Of a stretch of DNA of 64,000 nucleotides, positions 30,343 through 40,755 are shown piece after piece (within the stretch, counting starts at the first letter, position 1; each line of letters opens with the position of its first letter). The position numbers and the translations under genes are program-made. The DNA comes from Promethearchaeota archaeon (lineage in GTDB: Archaea; Asgardarchaeota; Lokiarchaeia; Sigyniarchaeales; SOKP01). The notes below the pieces were generated by a model. It made no database searches. It was not told the DNA's origin and worked only from the letters and a program-made list of their open reading frames with translations. Where the stretch lies: NCBI GenBank assembly GCA_019058245.1, contig JAHPZJ010000027.1, positions 1 to 64,000 of the forward strand. Reading direction: 5' to 3'.

Positions 30343-32526
30343 TTACCACGAAATGCCCTTTAAAAATTTGATATCCTGGATCAATCTTTGAGATTCATGT
30401 TTTGGAACCTCCATATACGCAAAAAATTCATTTTGCCAAAATGCTCTTCCAGAAGAAATACTACGTATCTCTTCAGTAAATTTTATAGAATTTCTAACTG
30501 ATAATAATATTTCAATTATTGCTTGATATTCATTATCTTGATCAATAGTTTTAATTTTAGCCGAATATTTTGATAGTAGGGAAATTACATTTTTAATATA
30601 ATTTGGGGGAAGTTGGATAATTGTGTGATATATTGGTTCCAATAAAATTAGTTCTGCTTCAGTCAAACCTCTTTTTATAGCATCATAAAACATAGCAGAT
30701 ATTTCAGTAAACAAACTCTCATGGGCGATATTTTCAAAACTTAAACTTTCAATTATTAATTTAATTTCTGTGAGTTTTTCTGAACATATTGGACCATTTA
30801 AATGAATATTTTCAAATATCTCAAGAATCATATTTTTGAAAAAATCATCTGATTCTCCCTTATAAATTATTATATTTTGATCAAAATCACATTTCCAGAA
30901 ATATTCAATTTCTTCCTCACTAAGTAAAGTTTTTTCCTTCAATATTTCTTTTAATTTGCTAATAGGTTTAATTGTTTTATAATCAATATTTCGAAAAAAC
31001 CTTAAAGTCTTGTTATCTAATCTTTCAATCTTTATTTTAAGGGAACCTTTACCATTTGGCGAAGTAACAGAAATTAAGGAAGAATTCAAACGACAAGATT
31101 CTTTAAAAACTGCTCGAGGTTCTGATATTGAAAGATTTACACCCTTCTTACCTATTTCATTAGCAGAAACTTCAAGATGTAGTGGTCCCATTCCACTCAA
31201 TAAAAATTCACCATTTTCCTCATTTACTTCAAATTTTAAATTTGGATCCTCTACTAATAGATTTTCAATTAATTCTTTCATTTTATCTAAATCTCTTAAA
31301 TACTCTGGTTCAATAGAAACCGTCATTACAGGATTAGTAATATATTTCACACTTTCGAATGGCACCATTTCGTCAATACTGTTGCTATCTATTATGGTTT
31401 CACTACTCTTTATATTTTTAAGACCTTCTATAGCTACTATATTACCAACAGGTACTTTTTCTGCTTGTTCCCTTCTTTGACCCATAAAAATAGCAATTCG
31501 TTGAATTCTCTCATATCTATTTTCATTTAAAAGAAAAATTTCCTTTCTATTCGTACAGCTACCTGAAAATATTCTTCCAGTGGATATTAAACCATGTTTG
31601 TCTACTTGAACTTTACTTAAATATACAATTAATGGACCATTAGGATCACAATTAACCATTGCCTTTCCTAATTTAGAATTAATATCTCCATCCCATATTT
31701 TTTTAATTCTATATTTTTGTGCTTCTATAGGATTTGGTAAATGATCAACAACCATTTCCAATATGGCTTTATGAATTGGAAAAAATGTGGCCAAATCCGC
31801 GTAAGTTTTTTTAGAATAGGTCTCTTTCTTATATCTTTCTCTAATATCTTTAAATTTTAAGCTACTTTTTTCTAGAATACTTAATGTAAAACCCCATTTA
31901 TGAAGTGCCGACCCAAAAGCAACATTACCACCAAGAGGCGAAACTTTCCATCTTTTATTAAAAGGATGTGTAGCATATCTTTCTATAAGATCGTTGAATG
32001 ATTTGATAATTCTTACATATTTCTTTCTTATATCCTCATCGGAAAGTTTCAATTCTCTTATTAAACGATCAACTTTATTAATAAATAGTATAGGCTTAAC
32101 ACCCTCTTGTAAAGCTTGTTTAATGACTGTTTCAGATTGACTAATTACTTCTTCAACGGCATCAACCACCACCACTACGCCATCTACCAATCTAAGAGCT
32201 CTAGTTACTTTTCCACTGAAGTCTAAATGACCTGGAGTATCTACTAAATTAACAAGAAAAGGATCATACCCTTCTAATGATTTCTCATAGTATAAAGATA
32301 TGTTTGCAGACTTCATAGTTATGCCTCGTCTTTGTTCTTCATCAAGAAAATCTAAAGCACGGGCTTCTCCTGCTAAATCTGAGGATAGAAAACCCGCTTC
32401 GCTTAGTAGAGAATCAGAGAGTGTTGTTTTTCCATGATCTATATGACCAACTAAACCAAAATTTCTAATATTTTGAGTTTTTTCCATAAGATTCAGTATT
32501 TCCGCAATTTCTTTTCTGCGAGGCAT
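30343..32526 (-). CDS. Elongation factor 2 paralog (aEF-2p type, no diphthamide motif)
   Basis: GHIDHGKT, RGIT, DTPGH, NKVD intact; the domain IV loop lacks HRG (ENIAHESLF). Confidence 0.85.
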   Translation of the reverse strand: MPRRKEIAEILNLMEKTQNIRNFGLVGHIDHGKTTLSDSLLSEAGFLSSDLAGEARALDFLDEEQRRGITMKSANISLYYEKSLEGYDPFLVNLVDTPGHLDFSGKVTRALRLVDGVVVVVDAVEEVISQSETVIKQALQEGVKPILFINKVDRLIRELKLSDEDIRKKYVRIIKSFNDLIERYATHPFNKRWKVSPLGGNVAFGSALHKWGFTLSILEKSSLKFKDIRERYKKETYSKKTYADLATFFPIHKAILEMVVDHLPNPIEAQKYRIKKIWDGDINSKLGKAMVNCDPNGPLIVYLSKVQVDKHGLISTGRIFSGSCTNRKEIFLLNENRYERIQRIAIFMGQRREQAEKVPVGNIVAIEGLKNIKSSETIIDSNSIDEMVPFESVKYITNPVMTVSIEPEYLRDLDKMKELIENLLVEDPNLKFEVNEENGEFLLSGMGPLHLEVSANEIGKKGVNLSISEPRAVFKESCRLNSSLISVTSPNGKGSLKIKIERLDNKTLRFFRNIDYKTIKPISKLKEILKEKTLLSEEEIEYFWKCDFDQNIIIYKGESDDFFKNMILEIFENIHLNGPICSEKLTEIKLIIESLSFENIAHESLFTEISAMFYDAIKRGLTEAELILLEPIYHTIIQLPPNYIKNVISLLSKYSAKIKTIDQDNEYQAIIEILLSVRNSIKFTEEIRSISSGRAFWQNEFFAYMEVPKHESQRLIQDIKFLKGISW

Positions 32527-32734
32527 GGTTCAACTAATTTATTATCTATAATTGTATTTAAAATTATAATTATTCTGATTAAAATTTTAGGATTTCCAAG
32601 AAATTAAATTAGCGGGAAATGATTTTTCTCACTACTCAAGATCTTCTTCATTTAATTGATTTTTTCATAATCAATCTCAGTTGGGTCAGATAGGTCAATG
32701 AAAAACTCATTTCCCTAAGTTAATAAAGTAAGAG

Positions 32735-33367
32735 TTATAATTTAACTTCTCCATCAATTCTGACTATTCTTCCGGCAATGCTCAATTTCCCATCACAGAA
32801 TAGTTCTATAGCTTTTGGAAATACTTTATGTTCCCATTTTAATATTCTAGGCCCTAATGTTTCTTTTGTATCTGTATCATAAACAGGTACACATTTCTGC
32901 ATTATAATCGGACCATGATCTTCATGATTGTCAACAAAATGGACAGTTACTCCAGAAACTTTAACTCCATAGGCTAAAGTATCTTCGTGGGCATGCATAC
33001 CTTTGAAACTTGGAAGTAGAGCAGGGTGAATATTCATTATATTCCCTTTATAATGATTTATGAACATTTCACTGACAAAACGCATGTAACCAACTAGTAC
33101 AATAAGCTCACATTTGTAATTATCTATTACATTGATCATTTTCTGGTCATATTCTTCTCTAGATCCTCGATCTTTATCTGATTCAATCAAAACATATGGA
33201 ATCTTATGGTTTTTAGCTCTTTCTATACAATAGGCTCCTGCTTTATTGCAAATAAGTACTTCTACTGTGGCCTTATCTTTTAAAATCCCGGTTTCACATG
33301 CATTAACTATTGCTTCAAAATTAGAACCTGAACCAGAAGCAATAGCACCTACTTTAATTTTTCTCAT
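32735..33367 (-). CDS. purN: Phosphoribosylglycinamide formyltransferase
   Basis: ASGSGSNFEAI, NIHPALLP.F.G, GVTVHFVD...D.GPII. Confidence 0.95.
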   Translation of the reverse strand: MRKIKVGAIASGSGSNFEAIVNACETGILKDKATVEVLICNKAGAYCIERAKNHKIPYVLIESDKDRGSREEYDQKMINVIDNYKCELIVLVGYMRFVSEMFINHYKGNIMNIHPALLPSFKGMHAHEDTLAYGVKVSGVTVHFVDNHEDHGPIIMQKCVPVYDTDTKETLGPRILKWEHKVFPKAIELFCDGKLSIAGRIVRIDGEVKL

Positions 33368-33795
33368 AATTCAATTTAGTCTATCTTCACAAAAAAATAT
33401 ATCCAAATAATTAAAAATTATCAAATGGAAAAAAGATACAATATAATAATACAATAATTATTTTAGTTTTATTATAATGATAATGTTTTTATTTGATTGC
33501 ACCATATCTATCCTAGAAATTTAGTAATATTTCATTCTAAAAATTATTCTCTTTCGAAAAAAATATTATTCCGTGAGAGAATACGATACTATTTATTTAA
33601 AATAAGCATTTACAAATAACAAAACCATATCTATATAAAAATTAAATTTCAATTGTTATTATTGAACACGTAACTACATAATTATATTTAAATCAAAAAC
33701 CCCAAAAAATATGGATAAAAATCTAAATCTTACGATTTAACCATACTATTAAAAACGTATTTAGAAATATTAATTAACTAGCGTATTGAAGATTT

Positions 33796-35706
33796 ATGAG
33801 TTTTGAAAGTGAATTGAAACGAATCAAGGATGAAATTGTCCAGAACCTTCCACCAGAAATAAGAGTCAAGAAGATTGAGTTTGAAGGACCTGAGATAGCT
33901 GTTTATTCTGAAAATTCAGACGTAGATGCAATTGAAAGCTCAACTATTTTAAAAGATTTAGCAAAAACAATGCGAAAAAGAGTTGTTTTTCGATGGAATG
34001 TTGATAAACGCAAAGATCCTGTTGAAACAGAAAGTTATATTAGAAATTTAGTAGCTGAAGATGCAGAAATTTCTAATATTGAATTTGATCATACCAGAGG
34101 AGAAGTAATAATAGAATCTGGGAAACCTGGACTCGTTATTGGTAAAAAAGGAGTTAATCTAAAAGAAATCAGGACTAACACATATTGGCAACCTAAAACT
34201 ATAAGAACACCACCATTAACCTCAAGAACAATTCAATTAATAAGAGGAATGCTTTCAAAAGAACGTCAAACTCAAAAGGATATTCTTTTAAGAATCGGTA
34301 AAAGAATTCATAGACCTGCTCTTTTTAAAAACTTAAACATTAGGTTAAGTGCCTTAGGTGGTTTTAGAGAAGTAGGGAGATCTTGCATATTAATGCAAAC
34401 AAGGGATAGTAATGTACTACTAGATTGTGGATTGAATGTTGGGAATATCAATGATAGATTTCCATACTTTGATGTTCCTGAATTTTCATTAAGAGATCTT
34501 GATGCTGTTATTATATCACATGCTCATATGGATCATTGTGGCCTTGTTCCATTTCTATACAAATATGGTTATCGTGGACCTATTTATTCCACATTACCAA
34601 CACGAAATCTATCAACAATGCATCAATTAGATTTCATTCAAGTTTGTGAAAAGGAAGGCGTTCCATCACCGTATTCGAAAAGGGATGTAAAATCAACAGT
34701 CCTTCATACAATCCCACTTTCATGGGGGAAAGTAACCGATATTGCACCAGATATAAAATTAACACTTCACAATTCTGGGCATATATTAGGATCATCAATG
34801 GTACATTTGCATTTTGGAAAAGGGGACTATAATTTTGTTTATACAGGAGATTTTAAATTTCAAAAAACAAGATTATTAGAGAAAGCTGCTGTGAAATTCC
34901 CTAGAGTAGAAAGCCTATTAATTGAAGCCACTTATGGTGGTCCTCAAGATAGAATTCCTAGTAGACAAGAATCTGAAAAAGAACTCAAACAAATATTAAA
35001 CTCTACCCTTAAAAGAGGTGGAAAAATTTTAGTTCCAGTTTTAGCTGTAGGTAGAGCTCAAGAATTGTTAATAGTCTTGGAAGAATATATTTCGAAAGGC
35101 TTTATTGATAAAGTACCAATCTTTATAGATGGATTGATAAGTGAAGCAACCGCAATTCATACTGCTAATCCTGATTTTCTTAGTAGCGATTTAAGAGAAA
35201 AAATCTTACATCAAGGAAAGAATCCATTTCTAAGTGATTACTTTGAAACAGTTTCAGCTCAAGAGGAAAGATTAGATATTATAAAAGGTGGACCATGTAT
35301 AATCATGGCAACTAGTGGAATGCTTATTGGAGGGCCATCTGTGCAATATTTAAAAGGATTAGCTAATGATGCAAAAAATTCATTGGTTTTTGTATCCTAT
35401 CAAGTTTCAGGTACACTAGGGAGTCGAATTCAGCGTGGATTTCGAGAATTTCAGTATGTTGATGCTAAAGGACGAACCCAACTCGTAAGATTGAACTTAA
35501 AAGTATTTACTCTTGAAGGTTTCAGTGGTCATTCATCTCGTAGTCAAATATCTCAATTTTTGAGAAGAATTCAACCACGACCTAAAACAATTATAGTAAA
35601 CCATGGGGAAGAAAGTAAGTGTATCAGTCTATCGACAATGATACATAAGAAACTCAGAAAGAGTACAAAGAGCCCGAAGAATCTTGAAACTGTATTCTTA
35701 AAATAA
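33796..35706 (+). CDS. fttA: aCPSF1/FttA beta-CASP ribonuclease, transcription termination factor
   Basis: N-terminal KH domains (EFEGPE, KPGLVIGK), GGFREVGRS, SHAHMDH, GHILGS, FSGHS. Confidence 0.95.
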   Translation: MSFESELKRIKDEIVQNLPPEIRVKKIEFEGPEIAVYSENSDVDAIESSTILKDLAKTMRKRVVFRWNVDKRKDPVETESYIRNLVAEDAEISNIEFDHTRGEVIIESGKPGLVIGKKGVNLKEIRTNTYWQPKTIRTPPLTSRTIQLIRGMLSKERQTQKDILLRIGKRIHRPALFKNLNIRLSALGGFREVGRSCILMQTRDSNVLLDCGLNVGNINDRFPYFDVPEFSLRDLDAVIISHAHMDHCGLVPFLYKYGYRGPIYSTLPTRNLSTMHQLDFIQVCEKEGVPSPYSKRDVKSTVLHTIPLSWGKVTDIAPDIKLTLHNSGHILGSSMVHLHFGKGDYNFVYTGDFKFQKTRLLEKAAVKFPRVESLLIEATYGGPQDRIPSRQESEKELKQILNSTLKRGGKILVPVLAVGRAQELLIVLEEYISKGFIDKVPIFIDGLISEATAIHTANPDFLSSDLREKILHQGKNPFLSDYFETVSAQEERLDIIKGGPCIIMATSGMLIGGPSVQYLKGLANDAKNSLVFVSYQVSGTLGSRIQRGFREFQYVDAKGRTQLVRLNLKVFTLEGFSGHSSRSQISQFLRRIQPRPKTIIVNHGEESKCISLSTMIHKKLRKSTKSPKNLETVFLK

Positions 35707-35902
35707 GCGTGATTAGTGAACTGGAAAAATTGATGCCCTAAAATTAATCGATTGTTTATTTACATAAAAATATCGAATAATCAGGACATTAAAAATAATA
35801 AACTCATAATCTATTATTATTCTTTTGTCAATTTTTCGGAGAAAAAATAATTTTTTTAAATAGCATTAATTACTCTTTTTAAATAGTATTTTGTGGTAAT
35901 CT

Positions 35903-36844
35903 TTGAATTTAAAAGACATTCATATTAAAAATCATTTGGTAACTATTTTTAGACATATTATACAAATTATCGCTTTTATTCTTATTAATTATCTGATTTT
36001 GGAATTTATCTTTAAAATTAATTTAAAGGCTTTAGAGAACTTTTTTAGAATACTACCAATTTTGAATTCTCCCCGAAATCCACTTTCAAAGGGCGCTGGA
36101 ATTACAGAATATATTTTCTTTTCATTTACAGAAGGGATTATACCAGTCTTTTTAATTGGAATTTTTATCCTAATCATTCTATTTACAAACAGATTCTTTT
36201 GTGGGTGGATTTGCCCCATAGGTACCATTCAAGACGCGTGTGCTGCGATACCAACTAATAAAAAGACTTTAAAGATTAGTACTCATAATTCTTTACTAAA
36301 ACTTAAATATATAGTTATAATCATTTTAGTGATTCTTCTTATTCCATTAGCTCTTACTAAAGAGACGAATATAACCTACTATTTAGAATTTAGAGCCAGT
36401 ATAGGAGATTTTGGGGATAAACCATTATCTTATTTCTCACTTTCTGAATATATTTTTTATTTCTTTCCAAATATAGCAATAAATGTCTTTCAAACTGCCA
36501 GTTTAGGACCTCTTTTTAAAAATTTTTTAGTTTTCTTTCTGACAATCTTCTATTTAATTATTATAGTTTTATCAGTTTGGTATCCACGAATATACTGTAG
36601 ATATATTTGTCCATTTGCAGCATTATCTTCTACTATTAGTTCTTATTCATTCCTTAAATTGTCAAGAAGCCCTGTAAGATGTTTAGGAAGAACAGAGTGT
36701 GGTGTTTGTGAAAAAGTTTGCCCAAAACAAATAAGGATACTAGATGAACCCTTTGAATTCTTTACAGGAAAAGGCGAGTGTAATTATTGTCTAAAATGCA
36801 AAGAAGTGTGTCCACATGATGCGATAAATATTAAATTTGGATGA
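35903..36844 (+). CDS. NapH/MauN-type membrane polyferredoxin
   Basis: FCGWICP.G and YCRYICP motifs; two C-terminal 4Fe-4S motifs; TM helices. Confidence 0.8.
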   Translation: MNLKDIHIKNHLVTIFRHIIQIIAFILINYLILEFIFKINLKALENFFRILPILNSPRNPLSKGAGITEYIFFSFTEGIIPVFLIGIFILIILFTNRFFCGWICPIGTIQDACAAIPTNKKTLKISTHNSLLKLKYIVIIILVILLIPLALTKETNITYYLEFRASIGDFGDKPLSYFSLSEYIFYFFPNIAINVFQTASLGPLFKNFLVFFLTIFYLIIIVLSVWYPRIYCRYICPFAALSSTISSYSFLKLSRSPVRCLGRTECGVCEKVCPKQIRILDEPFEFFTGKGECNYCLKCKEVCPHDAINIKFG

Positions 36845-36940
36845 AAAATGCGATAAATTTTAATATTGAAGTGATATAATCTTCTTAAGATTCAATTCTT
36901 TCATATATCACTCTTATTTTTAATATAAATACATAATCAT

Positions 36941-38158
36941 ATGGTTTTTAAAGTCATGGATAAACGAACAATTAAACTTTTGCAGACACGAATGAAAAGG
37001 GATGTGAATGTAGGAATTCATGGTATATTAGATTCAGAAGCTAGCAGATATTATAAAGAAGAAAGTGAAGAAATAAGACCTCCATTCTTTAGAGATGTTG
37101 ATAGAATAGTTCATTCCAAAGCTTATGCCCGTTATATTGATAAATCTCAAGTATTTTTCGATATTAATAATGCAAACATCACTCATCGCTCATTACATGT
37201 TCATATTGTTTCAAGGATTGCTCGTCAGATAGGAAGAGTTTTAAGATTAAATACCGATCTAATAGAAGCAATTTCATTGGGGCATGATATTGGACATGCC
37301 CCATTTGGACATCTGGGTGAAGATATTTTAAATGAAATAAGCAAAAACTATAAAATTGGGTCTTTTACTCATAATGCACAGGGAATTAGATGGCTTTCAT
37401 ATCTTGAAAAAAGAAATCCAGAACGTCCTGCTAATGGACTTAATTTAACATTGCAGGTTCTCGATGGGATATTATGTCATGATGGTGAAGTTAATGAGCA
37501 AAAATTAAAACCTATAAAAAGAAATGGAAAGTCTTGGGAAGATCATTTCAAAGAATATGAGGACTGTTTTAATGAGAATAAAATTAAGAGAATACCTATG
37601 ACTTATGAAGCTATAGTAACTCGGTTCAGTGATACTATCAGCTATATAGGCAGAGATATTGAAGATGCAATTTTATTGAAATTAGTTTCTCGAGACCAAA
37701 TTCCTAAATATTGCAAAAAAATTCTCGGAGATACAAATGCAAAAATAATAGATACTTTAATAACTGATTTACTGAACTTTAGTTTAGATAATGATATAAT
37801 CGGTTATAGTGATGAAATTTTTCAAGCGCTAAAAGACCTGAAAACATTTAATTATGAAAATATATATATTAGAAGAGATTTAGAAGAGACATCCTCTACA
37901 AGGACATACTTAGATGAATTAAAAGAAAAATTTTTCCTTATTTTCGAAAGATCATTAATAGATTTAGAGGAGGGAAATTATGAAGCACCCATCTTTAAAG
38001 ACCATATTGAATATATTGATGATAAAAATTATTCTACATATTATTTTCCACTTAAAGATGATAAAAAGCTAACTCTAATAACAAGAGATTATATTGCAGG
38101 GATGTCTGATAAATACTTTAATGAGATATTTAGCCAGTTTCATAAAAAAGTAATTTAA
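36941..38158 (+). CDS. HD-domain dGTP triphosphohydrolase-like protein
   Basis: F.RD.DRI.HSKA, GHDIGHAPFGH.GE, DYIAGMSD. Confidence 0.85.
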   Translation: MVFKVMDKRTIKLLQTRMKRDVNVGIHGILDSEASRYYKEESEEIRPPFFRDVDRIVHSKAYARYIDKSQVFFDINNANITHRSLHVHIVSRIARQIGRVLRLNTDLIEAISLGHDIGHAPFGHLGEDILNEISKNYKIGSFTHNAQGIRWLSYLEKRNPERPANGLNLTLQVLDGILCHDGEVNEQKLKPIKRNGKSWEDHFKEYEDCFNENKIKRIPMTYEAIVTRFSDTISYIGRDIEDAILLKLVSRDQIPKYCKKILGDTNAKIIDTLITDLLNFSLDNDIIGYSDEIFQALKDLKTFNYENIYIRRDLEETSSTRTYLDELKEKFFLIFERSLIDLEEGNYEAPIFKDHIEYIDDKNYSTYYFPLKDDKKLTLITRDYIAGMSDKYFNEIFSQFHKKVI

Positions 38159-38267
38159 TTAATTTTACTTTTTTAATTCATATTTTCCCCATATACATCC
38201 CAATTTTTCTTTTATTCAAATTTGATTATATTATACTTATATCATAATGTATTTAATAATAAAAGGG

Positions 38268-38410
38268 TGGATTACACTAGGAGGATTATTGTAAAAAAGT
38301 ATTTTCAGTTTATACGGGGTTTTTTTTTTCAGTCACACGGGGTTTTAAAAACTAGTTTTTTTTAAACTGATCTCTTTTTAAAATCCTCCAAAACAAGTGT
38401 GTGTAATCCA
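38268..38410. ncRNA. Candidate structured non-coding RNA (long interrupted hairpin)
   Basis: Three nested perfect helices (10, 8 and 8 bp) enclosing two ACGGGGTTTT direct repeats in an otherwise very AT-rich intergenic region. Confidence 0.45.
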
Positions 38411-38640
38411 AGTAAATTAATATTGATCTTAATAAATAAATCTATCTTATTTGACAAAAAAATAAAAATAAAAAAATAGTTATAATTTACAAGCTTTTTA
38501 ATAATATTCTTATGAATTAAGATGTTGCTATCATGATATTAATTCGATTCATAAGTTATTTTACCAAATTTTAATTGTTAGATAAATAATTAGGATCCTT
38601 TAGATTTCTAAATAATTCATATTAAAGATTTTATTTTACT

Positions 38641-39732
38641 TTATATCATTAAATTTCTGACTTTTAAACATTTTCGGAATATATAAATATAAATTAATAC
38701 GAAAATTATATCTGTAATTAAATTACCTATTCGATATATAAGCAATGAATTATTGATGTATCTCAAAAAATCAATAGTATTACTAATAAATTCAGATATT
38801 GTATTTAGAAAGCTAATTATTCCCAATATCGACATAACATATAAAACACAAGCGGAAGATGTATTTATCTTAAAATCAAACCATTTCACTCCATCTGTCG
38901 TATTGTTCAAATGAGATTTTCTAAATTTTAGACAACAAACTAATGAATATAAATAAAACCCTAAAACAATCGATGGTATCAGGAAAAACAGTAAAATTGA
39001 AAAAATATCAGAGGGAATAATAGTTAAAGTAAAATCGAAAATATAGATAAATATTATAGAGCAGATACTTATAATACCAATCGTGGTTCTAATAAATATA
39101 ATTAAAGTAGAGGTGCTATTTAATTCAAATCTAAAAAATTTTGTTTTATTACTATTCTCATCTGTAAGAGGCTCCATCTTCTTTCTATCTCTTTTTGAGA
39201 ATAATAAGCATTTATATATTGTATATCCATCAATCAGAGCAAAAAAGATTGCTTCAATTAAAATCAATATAATTGGCATAAGAAAAATAAATATTCCCGG
39301 TAAATCTATGAACCTATTCAAGCTAAAAATTATTATATAAATTGTTCCATAAATCCCTGCAAAAAAACTAATTAATCCAAATAATGACATAAAGAAAAGA
39401 ACAGTGGCAGAAGTTCTGTTCATACTAAATCCAAACCAATCTATAGAATTATTTTAATCAATTAAATACTTATCTCTCGTTATTAAACAAGAAAATAAAG
39501 TATAAACCATTATTGATAGTTGTATCAAATAGAGGATACTACCAATTAAAGTAATTATTAAATCGTTGATTGGAGGTATTGGTTGCATGTCGATAAAATC
39601 AAGGATATAATTATAACCGGTTGATATTGAAGAAATTAGAAATGCTATAACTAAATAAAAGAGAATTACTGTAGAAGTCTGGTCTAAACTAAATCCAAAA
39701 AACTTTAACTCTTCATTTCTCTGATCATCCAC
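38641..39732 (-). pseudogene. Four-repeat membrane protein interrupted by one in-frame TAA (39454-39456)
   Basis: ORFs 39454-39783 and 38641-39423 share a frame, joined by *NNSIDWFGFS; repeat (W/F)FxFx(L/M/I)(N/D)x(T/S)S occurs four times; likely GTG start at 39732 after AGGTGA. Confidence 0.65.
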
Positions 39733-39847
39733 GGATATCACCTTATCTATGAAAAGTAAATATATGTATTTAAAATTAATCAATATAGGTTTAGATTTAA
39801 AAATTGAGAAAGTTTTTTAGAATTATCAACTTATTAATAATTAAATC

Positions 39848-39949
39848 AGCCCAGTGGTGTAGCGGTCAAGCATCGGGGGCCCTGATAAGTCTAAACGTCT
39901 AGGATCTTGGAGATACCCCTGAACCACGGTTCGAATCCGTGCTGGGCTA
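39848..39949 (+). tRNA. tRNA-Gln(CTG) with a 29-nt canonical intron (39886-39914); C at position 33
   Basis: Acceptor AGCCCAG/CTGGGCT, T-arm CACGG-TTCGAAT-CCGTG, anticodon stem GGGGG/CCCCT, BHB at 37/38. Confidence 0.85.
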
Positions 39950-40028
39950 TTTTTATACTGGTATTCTTTGTTATCTACTTATATTTATATAATTGAATTT
40001 TCTTATTCTTAATTACAAACTAAGGAAA

Positions 40029-40754
40029 ATGATAGAAATGTTAATTGATCCAAAAGTAAATAAATTGATAATCTTTAATGGTGGCGGTGGTATTGTTGAA
40101 AGACAGATTAAACTATCCTTAAATCAAGGTTTAAATAAATTTGAGATTGCCAATGTACCCGCTTCATTTGATCCTAATTCTGCAGATATCCAATTAGAAT
40201 TTATTAATCCAGGAGATAAAGATTCAATCACCTTACAGCAAACAATTGTATCACTTCCAGATAGAAATACTTCTCAGCAGATTATAGACCGAGAAAAATC
40301 CGCAGCAACCAGTATTATTTCATATGCTATTGATTTTACGCGTGAATTAAGAGAAAAAGTTTCTAATATATGTGAAGCAAGTTCTTATAGAACATTTGCG
40401 GATATGAAGGGTGTATTTGATTTTATAATAAGTGCTTCAAAAGTGGGTGAAATAATTGTAAAGATAATATATTTCATTGCAGATCTCCGTATTAAATGGC
40501 AAACTACATTGCAAGTTGATATAAAAAATGATGGCAAAAATGCTCAAATCGAAGGATTTCTCGTTGTGGATAATCAAACAGGATTTTCTTATGAAAATGT
40601 AGAACTTGGTTTTGCAATTTTCGAGTTACCGAGTACTGACATGGAGATACAATATGATAATTTTGGTGAAGCCGAAGAAGAAATGGCTCAACAGGCGATT
40701 TCGAGCCTATCAAAACAAAAAAGAACTCAACGAATGAGGAATTTAATGCTCTGA
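40029..40754 (+). CDS. DUF4140/DUF4139-like protein (N-terminal part)
   Basis: KLIIFNGGGGIVERQI.L.L..G.N......VPASFDPNS and V.NQTG..YENVEL patterns; start at 40029 or 40038. Confidence 0.6.
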   Translation: MIEMLIDPKVNKLIIFNGGGGIVERQIKLSLNQGLNKFEIANVPASFDPNSADIQLEFINPGDKDSITLQQTIVSLPDRNTSQQIIDREKSAATSIISYAIDFTRELREKVSNICEASSYRTFADMKGVFDFIISASKVGEIIVKIIYFIADLRIKWQTTLQVDIKNDGKNAQIEGFLVVDNQTGFSYENVELGFAIFELPSTDMEIQYDNFGEAEEEMAQQAISSLSKQKRTQRMRNLML

Positions 40755-40755
40755 G

